From: Lepidodermella squamata
Lineage: Eukaryota; Animalia; Gastrotricha
Direction of reading: 5' to 3'
Assembly: GCA_047495785.1 (NCBI GenBank)
Contig: JBLDXI010000024.1
Span: 1,612,001 to 1,676,000, forward strand
DNA: 64,000 nucleotides
Below the pieces are notes generated by a model that was given only the letters and a program-made list of their open reading frames with translations, ran no database searches and was not told where the DNA came from. The translations under genes and the position numbers were made by a program. Within the stretch, counting starts at the first letter, position 1. The number at the start of each line of letters is the position of its first letter. This document shows, piece by piece, positions 36,253 to 49,407 of the stretch.

Positions 36253-39200
36253 TCACATGATTCTAAACCGGGAATCAGAATGTCCGAAATGACCGGTTTC
36301 CAAACGTTGTTTAGCGCCGGAGGTTAGTTTTCGAATGCGGCGAAGCAGTGATGAAGCTAGTTCAGCGTCTTCCAACTCTAAAATTCCACGATTTCTAGCT
36401 TCTTGAGCAAATTGACCCAGCTGACTGATTGCGTGGTGCAGCTGCATTACACAAGAATCTGGGCAGGAATCGACGATAGATCGGACAAGGCGAGCTACAC
36501 TTTCGTGAGAAATTCCAAGACTTCTCGCCTTCGATTCGTTACTAGCAACCTCGAGGTACACATCGTAGTGTCGGAACAGTAGAATTAAGGCTAAATTCAA
36601 GTTATTCAGCACAACGCCAACACGTCGGCTGAGATTTTGAGCGGCATTCTCGAGTAGCGATCGAGCAATTTCGCGGCACTCGCTCAAGGGGGTGAGGCCG
36701 TCGCAAGGCAGCGCGCCTGAAGGGTGCCACGCTGTGATCACTTCGTTGACTTCCTTCAGTGAAAGGCTTTCAAGGTCGTGGATTAAGGTGGATGCGGTTT
36801 TCAGGTCAGAAGTTGCCCGTTCGGCGAATAACGTGACGTTGCTAAGCAACCGCACCAAATGAGACAAATCAGGTCGAAATGACGCCACTCGCTCTTTCCT
36901 GATTAAAAAAAAAACAAATTTTAAGTTGGATTTTTTCTTATTTTGATGTTTTTGTATCAATTTATCCTTAAATTTAAATATTTTTATCAAAATGCTAGAA
37001 AAATATATTTTAAGGCGGATTTTTTTAAAGTCAACTTACATGTGAGGGGCGAATGTTGAAACTGAGAAAACAAGGGTATCAAGTTGCGATAGCGGGTTCG
37101 AGCCAGACCCGGGTGTTGTCGAGACGTTGATCAACTCGGACGCGTACATCAACAGAGATTCTTGGATGCGACAAATCGGCAGCATAAACGTCATTTGCTC
37201 GATAGGCCGCGCGTGTTCAAGAGCCATCGCAAAATCTGCGATATCGGAATAAGCGACTAGAGCTTGTAAAATCACGTCTTTAACTTGAGCGAGTTTCGAC
37301 AAAGAATCAGCGCCCAGTTCGAGTACAACCCCGTTTGAAAGCTCAGCTGAGTTCACGCCGACAACATTTTTCAGCACTGAAAGACATCGGCAAACAATTG
37401 CAAACGCTTTCGAAGACACTTCGAGCCATTCAATGTTGAAATTCGCAGGTTTAGACAGCAATTCACCGAAAATCACAGAATTTGCAATGACAAAACGCGC
37501 AATTTCTCCCGCAACTAGGCGGTTGTAAGGCAAGGTCGAAAATACGGCGGAAATGAAGTCTAGCGTTGAGTAGAAACACGTTACCAACCGGGCAGATTCA
37601 ACCTGGGTCAGTGCCACCTGTTTAGCCGGGTCAGTGACCTGAGGATTCGCGGCTCCTGTTGTAATTCGATCGAAGCCAAATCGCAAAATCCCGTCAATCG
37701 GGCGAGAATTCACGACAATTAAGCAAGTCTCCGGCGATAGCAAACTCAAGGTGGATAAAAACGCGAGACGAGCTTCTAACAGCCGATATTGATCCCCAGT
37801 CGGCGATGCACTGGCCAAAGAGACGCAGATGTTAGCGACGTGCTTCGAACTTTTCAGCAAATCGAAAACTCGGCCTGAGCCATCGAGGCGGACAAATTTT
37901 TGAAGAAGGCTGTAGGCCAAACAGGCGAGACGGGTATGCGCCGAATTTGACGAACAGTCGAACAAAACGACTTGTAACAAGCTTTCATCAGCGTTTTCAA
38001 ACAAATGGCGAACAACTTTTAGGTTAACTTCAACGAATTTCAGAATGAAAGCGTACAAGTAAACGCGAGTTTCAAGGCCGGAATTCGCCTTTCGGGAAAA
38101 AACGATGCAATTAACGATTGATTTCAGCAAATGGCTCATAGGCGATGTTGCATCGAAAGCGCACGAGCTCACTGAGATGATTTCAGAAACAGCTGCGATT
38201 AAAGAGCAAGCGTTCGGGAAGAATAGATCACTCGAGTCTGATAGCTGGATTTTTTCGAGGAGGACTGTCGCAATGTCGAAACAAATCGACGCAGTCGCTT
38301 CGATATCGTCCTTAACCACGGTGATGACCGATTGAACGAGATCTCGCCATTTTTCGAAGAAGCAAACTCTAGCGTGGAGTAGTTCAGTTTTTGCGTTGCA
38401 CTCAGCCGCGTATCTCATAACACCCTCAACTAGCTCATCAGTTTGTTGGACCAATTCGGGCTGAGTTTGGGTCGAAGCTTGTTGCGCCGCCAGGAATTCA
38501 CCCTTCATACCAGCCAGGGCAGAATGAAGTCGATGGATGTCGAACAGACTCAGCCGAACGCCCTCTGAACTATCAGATTCAACATTTACCGAACCGAGGA
38601 GGCGAATGATTTGAGCTATTGGCCGGCCGATGAAAGACGCGAATCGATCCAATGGGGCTAAATCGACATTTTCGTGCTGAAACGACAATTTTTGAACAAC
38701 TGACAGCAGTAACGGCGCGTTTGTTCCGAAATTTGACGTGGCTTGCAGTAAAATTTGCGCGGCCTTGAGAACATAGGATTTCAAATCGAGTTGACTCGAA
38801 GAACACATGTGTAGATCAACGGTTAAACAATGAAATAGCCCAGCAACTGCGAGGTAGTGTTTCGCGGTCACTTCGTCAGTAGTCAATAGCGACTCGACCA
38901 GTGTCCCTTCAACCATTTGGCTCAGTAAAAACGGCGGCGATGATCGGAGAAGGTTCAGAACTGGCAGAGCAGTCTTCTCATTCGTGCATAGACGCTGCAG
39001 AACTCGAAATCCTTCGTACGAAACATCGACATCTTGCGTCGATCCTAAATGAGCGACGATCGATTTGAAGCAAGTTTTGACAATCTGCCCGGTTTCCAGC
39101 TCGATTAAGGTGGAACTGACAACAGGCCGGCGGTAGAAAAGGCCGAGAAGAATGTACGCAACGTTAGGCGCTGGCATTTTAAGGAGGATCTGCGAAATTA

Positions 39201-42030
39201 TTTCAATCGCTTTCACCTGAATCCGCTTCGCCAAATGTTGTTTCGACTCGCTATCAGCCGCGCCAACGTTACCCTCGACGCAATTGACGAATTTCGTGAT
39301 GACTCGAACTTGAAGGGGAATGTCGAGGGTCAGGAAATTATAAATAGCAGCGTGGCAATCGGTTTTCGAAAACAACACGCCCACAATTTTTAATGCCATT
39401 AAACAATGCGACATCAAAATTTGATCAGAATTTCCGACAAAATTCAAAATTGCGATGATGTTGCCCAAAACGCCAACAGTACCACCGGACGGGGTCGAAT
39501 CGACAGTAGTCAACATTTGCGAAACCGATAAATGGCAATCGGCGCCGAAACTAGGCAGCGTTAACAGTCGCTTATCGAATAAATCCGCGTTTTCGAGGCA
39601 GATTTTGAACAAATCAAGAATACGACTAGCCGTGGACGTTATTTGTTCGTAATGATCAGGCAGTTCCGCTTCTTGGTACAACGAATTGTGGCATAGTTTC
39701 AGCAATTTGATCGAATTTTTGAAAAACGACGACCCGGCCCTTAGCAGAGCTCGGTAGACCAGGAAACCAGGGTGTCTCAGCAACAAACTACCGGCCCAGA
39801 GCGAGGTCGGATCGGCTGAAGGGCTCAATAAAACGACTAGATGGTCGAGTAAACGAGTCAAAATCAGGTAGCAAGGCGCGGCTACTCGCCATAATTCCGA
39901 TTGAGAAGTTGGGGTAGTCGTCGTATTCGTCAACCTGGGTAGCACCCCGTCGACCACAAACGCGACAACTGGTTCGAAAATTCCGCGTTCAGTCAACACA
40001 ATCGGCACATTGTAGACCAGCAGCGAGGCGATCAAATCCAAAAATGAAGAGGTAACCGGGAACGAGTTCAACCTAGTCTCAATCGAGCATAACTCAGTCC
40101 ACATACCACCCGTATATTGACCGGTTTGATCAGCGGCGGGCAACAACTGGCTCTGGTCGACAATATCCCATAGCTGGATCGAATGTTGAATCGAACCGAT
40201 TAAGGCGGCTGCGAAATCGAAAAGTTCCACCTTAAGAAGTGACGGAATCGAAGATGTGATCAGGGAGAACGTGTTCGAGATGAACATCGGGTACAACTCA
40301 GTTCGGCATTGTTGACTGAATTTAGCGATTCGAGTCAATAGACGAGCCGTGCAACACAGCGCTTCAAGTTCGGCCTCGTCGAAAATAGACCCGGAATTCG
40401 ACGCGTTACCGCCCTGTTGGCCCTGAATTTGATGTAAATAGGCAGCGACGTTTTGAAACGTAAATTGAAAGTGTTGCAACGAAACGCGGCGCCGGTCTGA
40501 ATTGGCAACCGCGTTATCGACGAGGAAGTGAAACGCCCCAGTCGCTGTTGATTCTTCCGAACTGATTATTGCCGTTAGCATCGATACGTATTTCGCGTAC
40601 TTATCCGCCGGTAAAATATCGCCAGCGAATGAAACAAACATCGACAGGTACAAATTTCGGTCTTTCAAACTGTTCAACCCAGGTTGATTGGTTCGGTTGA
40701 AAGCAGTCCAATATGGGACGACACAATCAGGTACAACATCACTCGCGACCTGGTAAAACCCGGCCAGACAATCGAGAAGGGTAGCAATGGTATCAGGCTC
40801 GATTTTCGGCAGATTGCTATGGTGATTCATCCCCGGTGACAGCAATTGATTGATATCTGTAAATTCGTCGCGGTAACTCAACGTGAAATTTTCTTCCTGG
40901 TTATCATCCATCGACCCGGTGATTAACCCGCGTAGAATCGGATGTTGAGTCGATAGGAATGAGACGAACATGTAGGAAAAAACGTCGCAAACGTCGCCAC
41001 TCTGCTTCAACCAAGGGCTAGGAATCACAAATCTGATGAAAAAATGAAGTGCCCCAGCTCGAAAAGCGTCGTGGAACATATGCGAGTAAGTATGCTCTTC
41101 CGTCTTGATGTCACGACTTCCATTAGCTATACCGATCAGCAATTTTATGAAAGCCTTCAGGGACAAGCATTGCCATTCGACGGATTCCAAAGCTGATCGC
41201 ACATTACTGAAAAAGTGCCCATCACTCGAACTTTGAGACAAACAAGTTGCGGCAAGAGAAGACAGCAGCCCAATGACGTTATCCGGCGCACCTCGTGGTG
41301 ATTCAAATTTAGGTGGATCATAGCTAGCAAGGCTATGCAGTAGGATATTCAGTTCGCCCATCGATAACGAATTTTCAGTTCCCCACCCTAACACAACGTC
41401 GTTCAGTGTTCGTAGAAATTGACGAAATGATGTGAGAACTTCACGGCGATGCTCAACAGGGCCTAGAGCTTGGGTTGAATCTAATCGTTCGAACTCGGCA
41501 TCTTCATTCAGACACCGTATGGCGTTGAGTAATGACGAAATCAATCCATCTTGAGCTAACATCGCGAAAAACCTCGAGCACTGACCGCCTCTAACCGTCA
41601 TGCTGTCCTTGAGTAAGAGCTTCAATGTAGAGGCTCGGCGAAGTCGGGCGTCGTAGAATAGCATTACGGCGACTAAACCACGCGGCCATTCCGGCCAGTC
41701 GCTTTGAAGGCCTTCAGCTAATCGTAGCAGCTTCGCGGATTCGAATTCATCAATCTCAAATAGAGCGGACAAAATTAAGGTTTCCTCGATGAAACTTTGC
41801 TCGAGAAGTATCGCAGGCGAATCTTCGAACAGAGCTAACGGCGTTTTGATGGAATCTTTGATTTTCTGCTCATGGACCGGGTTTCGCGGCGGCACTCGCA
41901 TCGGATTCAACAGAAATGGTTTATTTTCAGTCCATTTATTGAACATGAAAGCAGGCGGAACCGATCCATCGCCACTGATAAAGCGTTCTGTTAGGTTGAA
42001 CAGCTCAACACTGTTCGACCAAAAATTCAT
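36253..42030 (-). CDS. NUP205: Nuclear pore complex protein Nup205, 2 coding exons (~37040-42030, 36253-36898)
   Basis: FIEETLILSALFEIDEFESAKLL...PRGLVAVMLFYD matches the Nup205 N-terminus. ELCSIETRLNSFPVTSSFLDLI is also typical. ~1880 aa alpha-solenoid. Confidence 0.9.
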
Positions 42031-42325
42031 ATTAAATTGAGCCTAATTAAAAAAGACTAATATCGTAACAATTCATCAACATTTCTCTTTACACCATTTG
42101 AGGAAGCACATAGTCTTCGATAAAATTAGGTAGTTAGGCCTCGTACAAAAGCAAACAAAACCGTTCATCGGACAAAGTTGTTTTGAAAATTAATAAATAC
42201 GAATACTAGCTGTGTAGTCAAAGACCATTATTCCATTTTGATGAAAGGTTATATGTGTTCCGACAAGTAAAATTGTGTTTCCTCATCTCATGCACCGCGT
42301 CAATAAATTAGTGGAAATGGCAATA

Positions 42326-43474
42326 TCAATAACATAATTTAAAGCTTTTACATAAAAGCTCCACTAGATTGAGTTCGGCTTTTCTGGAGGTTGCTTTCGT
42401 CAAGTCACTCCCGACGACGATCCACGGAACCCAAGACAAATCACCGTTAAACGTATCTTTTGTATGAGTTCCCATTTGCTTGAGCAAAGTTTCGCCTAAC
42501 TTGGAGCCGCTTTGAGCACATGATCGAATCTGGCTACCAATTTGAGAATCGCAGTTAACAGCTCTTTCCTCCACACTGTTTGCGCCAATGTGACTCATGA
42601 AACACACCATAAAACGAAGTAAACGTAGCCAATCGGTTTTGCTCAGGAATAAAGCGCAAGCCATAGCTTGATTGCCATCGCATTCATGAGGTCCATGCTA
42701 GTAACGAAAAACATTATTCAAACACACTGCATTTTACGCCTAACAAAATATTACCTGACACTCAATTTTCCCATCAGCTCGAAACATTGCTTTGCCAAAG
42801 GGATAAAACTTGAAGTCAAGAAGCGAGGTGAAGTTGGCCGGTAATTTTTGCACCAATGGTCCGAGCTGTTGCGTGAAGAAAGACCTGCTATCGGGGCAAT
42901 CGGCTTCATAAAATATTTGCAGGGTCAAAGTATTTGAGGGGTTATTTTCTGTAGAGATCAATTCGTTGCTTTTAGTTGATGGCAAAGGCGAGTTGATTCG
43001 TTGAATGTCGTTATCATACGCAGCACGAGTGAAGTACGCACAACTCATTCGACAAGCTACGAAGTAATCATCGGCATTGCAAAGTTCCGATGAGGGAGAT
43101 GAACAGTCAAAAAATGGATTGACTGTGCTAGACATTCTGGAGAGAAAGTATATGCCAATGCTGAATAGTATTCCAGCACAAATGCAAGCCGCTGCAAACA
43201 TGGGGTTCCAGCGGGACATGCGGAAAGAGGGAGACGTGCGGTTAGGCAGCGACTGATAGGCAGGACGTGGCATCTCGGTTTTAGGTACTGGTAAAGACTC
43301 TGCGTTGCAGTTAAGTCGTGAAGATAAATCGCTATTAGTGGGATCGACGCCACGTTGCGACGGCGCAGATGAATCGACGTTGGTTTTTACAGGTAACAGA
43401 GAAACGGTGGCGCCTAAATCGACTTCGCGTGCGGCATTAGGTATCAACTCATCCATATCACCATCATGGCTCAA
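42326..43474 (-). CDS. IFI30: GILT (gamma-interferon-inducible lysosomal thiol reductase)-like
   Basis: Active-site motif FYEADCPDS, YPFGKA, CQ|HGPHEC signature across intron 42699-42754, and WVPWI. N-terminal TM segment and a saposin-A-like Cys motif. Exact start uncertain. Confidence 0.9.
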
Positions 43475-44734
43475 TTCTATGAACAGTTATTGGTTATAAC
43501 GAAATAAACAAGCACAAGAAATAGTCCATACTTTCTTCGCAATGGCTGGCATCGTTAGATTGCTGGAAACTGTTAATTAATTATGGCAAGCAAGCAATCC
43601 GCAGGCCGTAAGTATGCCAACGAACAATGAGCAGAAACTTGAACTTTAAGGCAAAATAAGAGTCTGCGTTTTTGCGTCCAACTAATTAGGCGTGTCAAAA
43701 CCCTTGATGTGCCAACGAGTGCGAGAAAAACACTGAGGCTTATCCCGTCCAAAACTTGCGCTCTCGCCGCTGCAGACCCTTCTTCAAAAAATATATTTAT
43801 AAAGAATATCCCCAGAAATGGCAATTTGTTATAAGTTACAAATAAGTAATTTTAACATTTTATACATTTTATTATGCATGAAAACAAGATGATTGAGTTT
43901 CCGCGGGCAATATTTTTGCTTGAAAAAAATCAGCAATCAGCCAACATCAGCCAACTTCGAGGTATACTTAGTTTTTAGTCGCGTGTTCAAAGTGCCGCGA
44001 ATGGCTCACGGAGCGACTAAGCACGGGGCACAGAGTCCCCATTACTAACAGAGTATCGTTTAACGGTTTATAACGCCCATATCAGCATACCTTGCTTTGA
44101 ATAAAAAACTTCGGTAACTGATAACTTCAAAATCGTTCCATAACCAACTGCGAGACATGGATGTATGCTACAGGCTGGCAAAAATTCGTAGCCATCCCAA
44201 GGGTAGTTCTCCAACACCTACCCTGATTTTGTCGAATTCTGGGATCGAGAGTTCACCGTGGTCCACGAACTTGAAGTAACGTGAAAAGTTTTGTAAACAT
44301 GCGCAAGATGCAAGATGAGGTCACGGATCGGGGTGCGTAAAGATGAGCGACAATTTGCCAATGCTCAATTATTGTGAAGCGGCTTATTTATCGAAGTATG
44401 CCAACTGACACTCTTATACTATTGGTACGGATTAACTTGTTGGTTTGATTGACTATGGTAAGGGATAGGGTTCGGTTTACTGTGAAGATTGGGATAAAGG
44501 TTGGGCTGTGGTTAGGATTTCCTGATAGATGACCCTTACCACTATTGAGAAAGTAAGTACATCTTAACCTTTAAACTTTAAACTCTTAACCTATACATCT
44601 CGAGACTGAACTATTACATTGACCTTTCAAGCTATTTTTTCATCCAGAATACTACCAGTACTCAAATTTAAATTGAAACAACTTTCCGTTCTCAGTAATA
44701 GGATATATTATTGCTATTGAGGATACAGCGTATC

Positions 44735-45505
44735 ATGGCAGCCGTACACAGCTACGATCGTGACAATGAAAGTGAAGCTCGGAAGAATCTCGGAGGTAAA
44801 TTAAATCTTGAATTACGAGCTTCGATATCACAGTTTTTTTACGTAGAGCTTAATCGAATCGAAATTGAGATCGAGTTTCTCATTCAACAGCTCAAGGAAT
44901 GCGGGCTGTCTCAGCGCGAAGTGGATAGCATTAATCGTGATATCAGAGCTAGATTTGGCGAACTCCGGAGCAAGTTAAAAGACCTACCAATTTTCAAGCT
45001 CGAATTAACCTCGCAGCTGGAAGCCGATGACTTTGACAAAGAGATTCAAGTTCATAATCAGCGTTTCTACACATTGCAAGCTAGCTTGCGAGAAGCGAAT
45101 CTCGATTGCTTGCGGAAGAGATCTGTTGCTGAAAAATCCGAGTTGTTAACTTCAAATTACGCTGCAGGTCGCTTGAGCGAGGCTCTTCCGACCCGTGACA
45201 GAGTGGTCGAAACTGCTGGAGAAATAACTGAAAACTTGGCTGAGCTAAGCCGTAAAGTCGCTGAAGAAGTTAAGCGAATGAATGAATCAAACGCTGTTCT
45301 TGCTCGATCATCTAGACAAGTTGCCGAGAGCCACCGTGAATTCCGGACGATGTCTGCTCACGTGAAAGACTCAGAGCGCCTACTTTCCCGTTACGGACGC
45401 CGGCTCATCACCGACAAATTGCTGATCGTCCTCGGCGTTTTATTTTTCTTGGCTGCTTGTTTGTATGTTCTCAAGAAACGCGTTCCAGGTCTCGGGCTCT
45501 TTTAA
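44735..45505 (+). CDS. BNIP1: Sec20/BNIP1 ER SNARE
   Basis: Sec20 SNARE region (ITENLAELSR...LLSRYGRRLITDKLLIVLGVLFFLAACLYVLKKR) with C-terminal TM. Probable 51-nt intron at 44796-44846. Confidence 0.9.
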   Translation: MAAVHSYDRDNESEARKNLGGKLNLELRASISQFFYVELNRIEIEIEFLIQQLKECGLSQREVDSINRDIRARFGELRSKLKDLPIFKLELTSQLEADDFDKEIQVHNQRFYTLQASLREANLDCLRKRSVAEKSELLTSNYAAGRLSEALPTRDRVVETAGEITENLAELSRKVAEEVKRMNESNAVLARSSRQVAESHREFRTMSAHVKDSERLLSRYGRRLITDKLLIVLGVLFFLAACLYVLKKRVPGLGLF

Positions 45506-45671
45506 AAACGACAGTTTTTGACCTCTTTCTTCCTTGTTAAATTATTCATGAGATCGTTGCAGTAAATTCATTACACCTGTCGCTTTATCGATTTTTGCCA
45601 TTTATTTAGATTTTGTTGAGAATTTGTGGGTACAGGAAGAATATAAGTCCGTGTATTTTGATGAGAAAATA

Positions 45672-48600
45672 ATGGACGCAAGTGTTCATGAAGTTTTAAA
45701 ACGCAAAGCTGAGGTCGTCAACTATCGCCGCCGAAGATTGTTTGGCTTCTTCAAGCTGATTCTCGCTATTTCGGCGCTCTGCTATTTGTAGGCTTGGTCT
45801 GAATAATTTTTTTTACTATTCTCAAGGTCATGCAATTTTAGTGACGTGAAAACACACACTGCTGGATTTCTCGAACCAGGAGCGGAATTTTTCGGTGCAA
45901 AAAGCACGGAAAACATTATCGCGTCATGTGGTTGGTTTACTGCTATAAGAAAAGTAAAATAACTTGATAACAATTGAATTCCAGTTGCAATTCTCGCAAC
46001 AATCGTATTCATTTCCGGAATTCGTGATATTGCTTCTCACAGCGCTGCTAAGCGGTCGTGGCATATTATTCGACTGAATCCTCTGAGGAAATATTTTCTC
46101 GGAGTAACTTCTGAGGGTAAATGAGAAAAATTGAGGTTAAAAAGGCATAAATGAGTCTTTTTATTCAGATGACGAAGTTCTTAAAACCGAAACAATGTTT
46201 TCGCCACCGAAATCCTCGTCCCTTTCCCATCTGGTTACGAGTCCAAGTGTGATTTTTGGCTCAGGGTTTCGCAATTTACTAGTCACTACACCCGGTGGAA
46301 GTGTTTCAACCTCAAATCTGCAATCAGCAACGTCACCGGGCACGCAAAATCAACAAACAGTCGATGCGAATCAGTCTATAGCGGATATTCCAGTCGCGCT
46401 GCCAGGGACTTCACCGATCCGCGGGCTGAAAATCCAGCCAACCCCATCGCAACCGTCTGAAGTTGACCGATTCATTGCAGCTGCCGCGATTACTCTATCA
46501 TGCAAACGGCCATTGACCCGTCAAATCTCAGATTCGATGTTAGCGGGAGATAAAAGGCAGCGGACTGTTCAATTAGACGAATCTTCCTTCGATAAAAGCG
46601 CCCTGTATTACTCGTCGTCAAGCGGCGATGAATTATCGAAAACGCCCCCGAATCGGCGGAAAAAAGCGAGCGCTTTGAAGCGCAGATTGTCATCAGGCGA
46701 CGTTTCCCCCGCTTCTCCGTACGATAACGGCGCCAGGACTATGAAACGGCTGGAAGTTCTCGAGGATTTTCTCGAAAGGCAACGGGAACAAGCGACTTAT
46801 GACGTGTTAGCCAACCAGCCGTTACTGTCACTATTCGACGCCGATTTAATGGGTACATACTGCGTTGCAACTCGACCAGCAGCTGAGGTTTCGACTATTT
46901 CCACGCTGACTAGCAACCCGTTGGTCGACGAAATTTGGCTGAGTTTACACGTTTCTTCGACTATGCTCTACGAGTGGACAAAACGCTTCCGTAACTGGAT
47001 GTCCGTGACGGTTTTAGCGCCGATTGTCAGCGAGGTGAATTCGTTGAATCGCACGTTTAACGAGTCGAATTTGACGGAAGATCTGCGCTTTGGCCACTCG
47101 TCTATCGCCACGATTCGCTCGTCTTTCGACCGGTTTCAGGCGGCCGGGTTTAACCAGGCTGTGTGCAACCGCATTGACATGTTGTGCCGGTTTCTCGACA
47201 CGGATTTGCACCAATCTTACGTTGTGACGCGGATTTGTGAACTCGGCCGGGCTGGGTATTTGCACGGCTATGCGTGGAACGGTCCGCCGAGTAACGCGTC
47301 GACTGCTTCTTCGAGCCCGTTGCCTGTTAAAGATGCTCAATTGCTGATGGATCTGTTCTTGAACTACATGGATGCGATTCAACCGAAAAATTCCATGTAT
47401 CCGGAGGGTCGGATGTTCTCGCGGCGGTATTTCGTCAAAGCGCCTAATAAACCAGCTGGTTAGCAATTTTAATATTTATCATTTTTCACTCAGTTCAGGA
47501 CTTAAGTTCTAGGTCTTTTGAATTTTTGGCAACTTTTTGTAGGAAATTCAACCATTTTTTTAATTAAACCTACCGAGAGAATATTCCATATTTTATCCGC
47601 GATTTAATCGAAGAAATGAAAAAGTTACCGGAGAAAACCCGGAAAACCCCGATGGTAACTGGTTCGGTAATTTTCGGTATTTTATCCGGCTGGACCAAAT
47701 TTCTCCGGACTTTTTAATCCCATTAATAAGTGACATAACTGATTACTGTTCTCGTGATTTTTTGAGTTTTTCTAAAATTTTTCTGGCCTTGTGATGTGAC
47801 TTCGCTGCTCATTTTGGAGTTTTATAGAACCCTATTCCGTATTTTCTTGGCTTGCGTTACTTATGGGACGCGCTGTATTTTGCTATTCCTACATATGAGA
47901 AATGATCGAGCTAAATCGAGCTGGCATCATGCAAAATATTACGGAAATATGTAGCTTTATTATATCATAATCATAATCAAATGATTTATTGCGTTATAAT
48001 TTTTTAATAATGGGAGAAACTAATGAATAACGATGATGATTAACACGATAAATCATAGGTACGGGCATCATAAATCATGTAGACGACTTCGCAAAATCAT
48101 CGATTTTTGCTGCTCCTACACATCGATAGCGTCTTTAAATAACTCGCATTCAAGCTTTTTGGCGTCAGTTTCTGACAAGTAAAAAGTGACGTTGTTTTAC
48201 GTGAAAGAAGCGGCTAAAAAAATACGTTTTACTTGTCACCTATCATCTCAATAATAATGTGAATAAGCTTGAAGCCGGTTATTCGATGACGCAATCAATA
48301 TGAGGAGAATTAAATATTTGATATTCAGGCTGATCTGATTCAGACCCCCATGCTAACACTAACCCTAACATGAAAATTAGATAAAAATGAAAATCTGATA
48401 AAAGGTACTTCGAGCAAATGGAAAGTGGGGTTTCGAAATTTACCGAATTTTGCTGCAAATCGCTAAATGTGTGTTAAAACAACCAATTTCATAATACCCA
48501 TGACTATATTTCCTTGTAGATTTTGAATTTCCAAGTTTCAGACGTGTAGGATGTTGCCATCCTCCATCCTCCTTAAAAGATGAGAAACCCTACTTATATT

Positions 48601-49407
48601 TTTTTGCTGATGTTGAGAGCTGGCGTAATTCTATAAAAATATATTTGAATATCTAGCAAGACTCTTCACCTTAGAGTACTCTTACTTGGAGTACTTAGAG
48701 TACAGTAAAATAAAAGTAAGAAAATAGCGTTAAAATTCACCTTTCCGATGTCAGAGGTGTATACGGGTAAAAGGAAAAAAATAGAAATAAAATGTAAAAT
48801 TTCTAAAATTGGTGGAATTTAGTTTGATCCGGTTATAAGATCTGAAGAACAGATCTGAATAGTACAAAGAAATTTGAGATATTTTTTAGTCACCTGGCTG
48901 TAGTGAAAAGTGTCAACAATTATATCGGGTAGATTGCAGCCTAATTTATAATAATTTATTTAATTAATAATTCGTTTTTTATTTCATTAAAATTTAGATC
49001 CGGTCCACAGTGCCAAACACGGCGGTTCGAACCCGGCGCTGGCTGGTCACCACGAACCAGCTGCGATGATTCAAATCTACCAGCCGGACGAGTCGCTGCC
49101 GCACTTCGAAGTGTACCTGCGCGGTAAGCGCATCCAACTGCGCCGGTCCAACAACAACCTGTTCCACGCGCTGCTGCTCTTCTTCTACGTCATCATCAAG
49201 CGCCCGCAACTCGTCGAACCGCCGCAGCGGACACAGCGCCGCACCGTGTCGACGAGCAAAGCCGGCGAGGCGCCGACGCCGGACACGGCTGTGGCGCCCA
49301 CCTTCGACGCCGCCATCGCAAATCTACCCGCCGTGCCTCTCCTCGGCCCGTTGCGGCTCGACAAGGCCGGTCTCAACCTGGTTTCTCTCTTCGACGTTCC
49401 TCGTTAA
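45672..49407 (+). CDS. TMEM209: Transmembrane protein 209 (NET31)-like
   Basis: N-terminal TM exons, LNPLRKYFLGV, Ser/Pro-rich middle, WTKRFRNWMSVTVLAPIVSEV, YVVTRICELGRAG..YAWNG, and last exon 48999-49407 (PHFEV...NNLFHALLLFFY...GLNL). Confidence 0.85.

Noticed and set aside
44400-44600. Telomere-like GGTTAGG/TAACCC words (also ~48353-48369)
   Set aside because: Too few and too degenerate to call an interstitial telomeric array.
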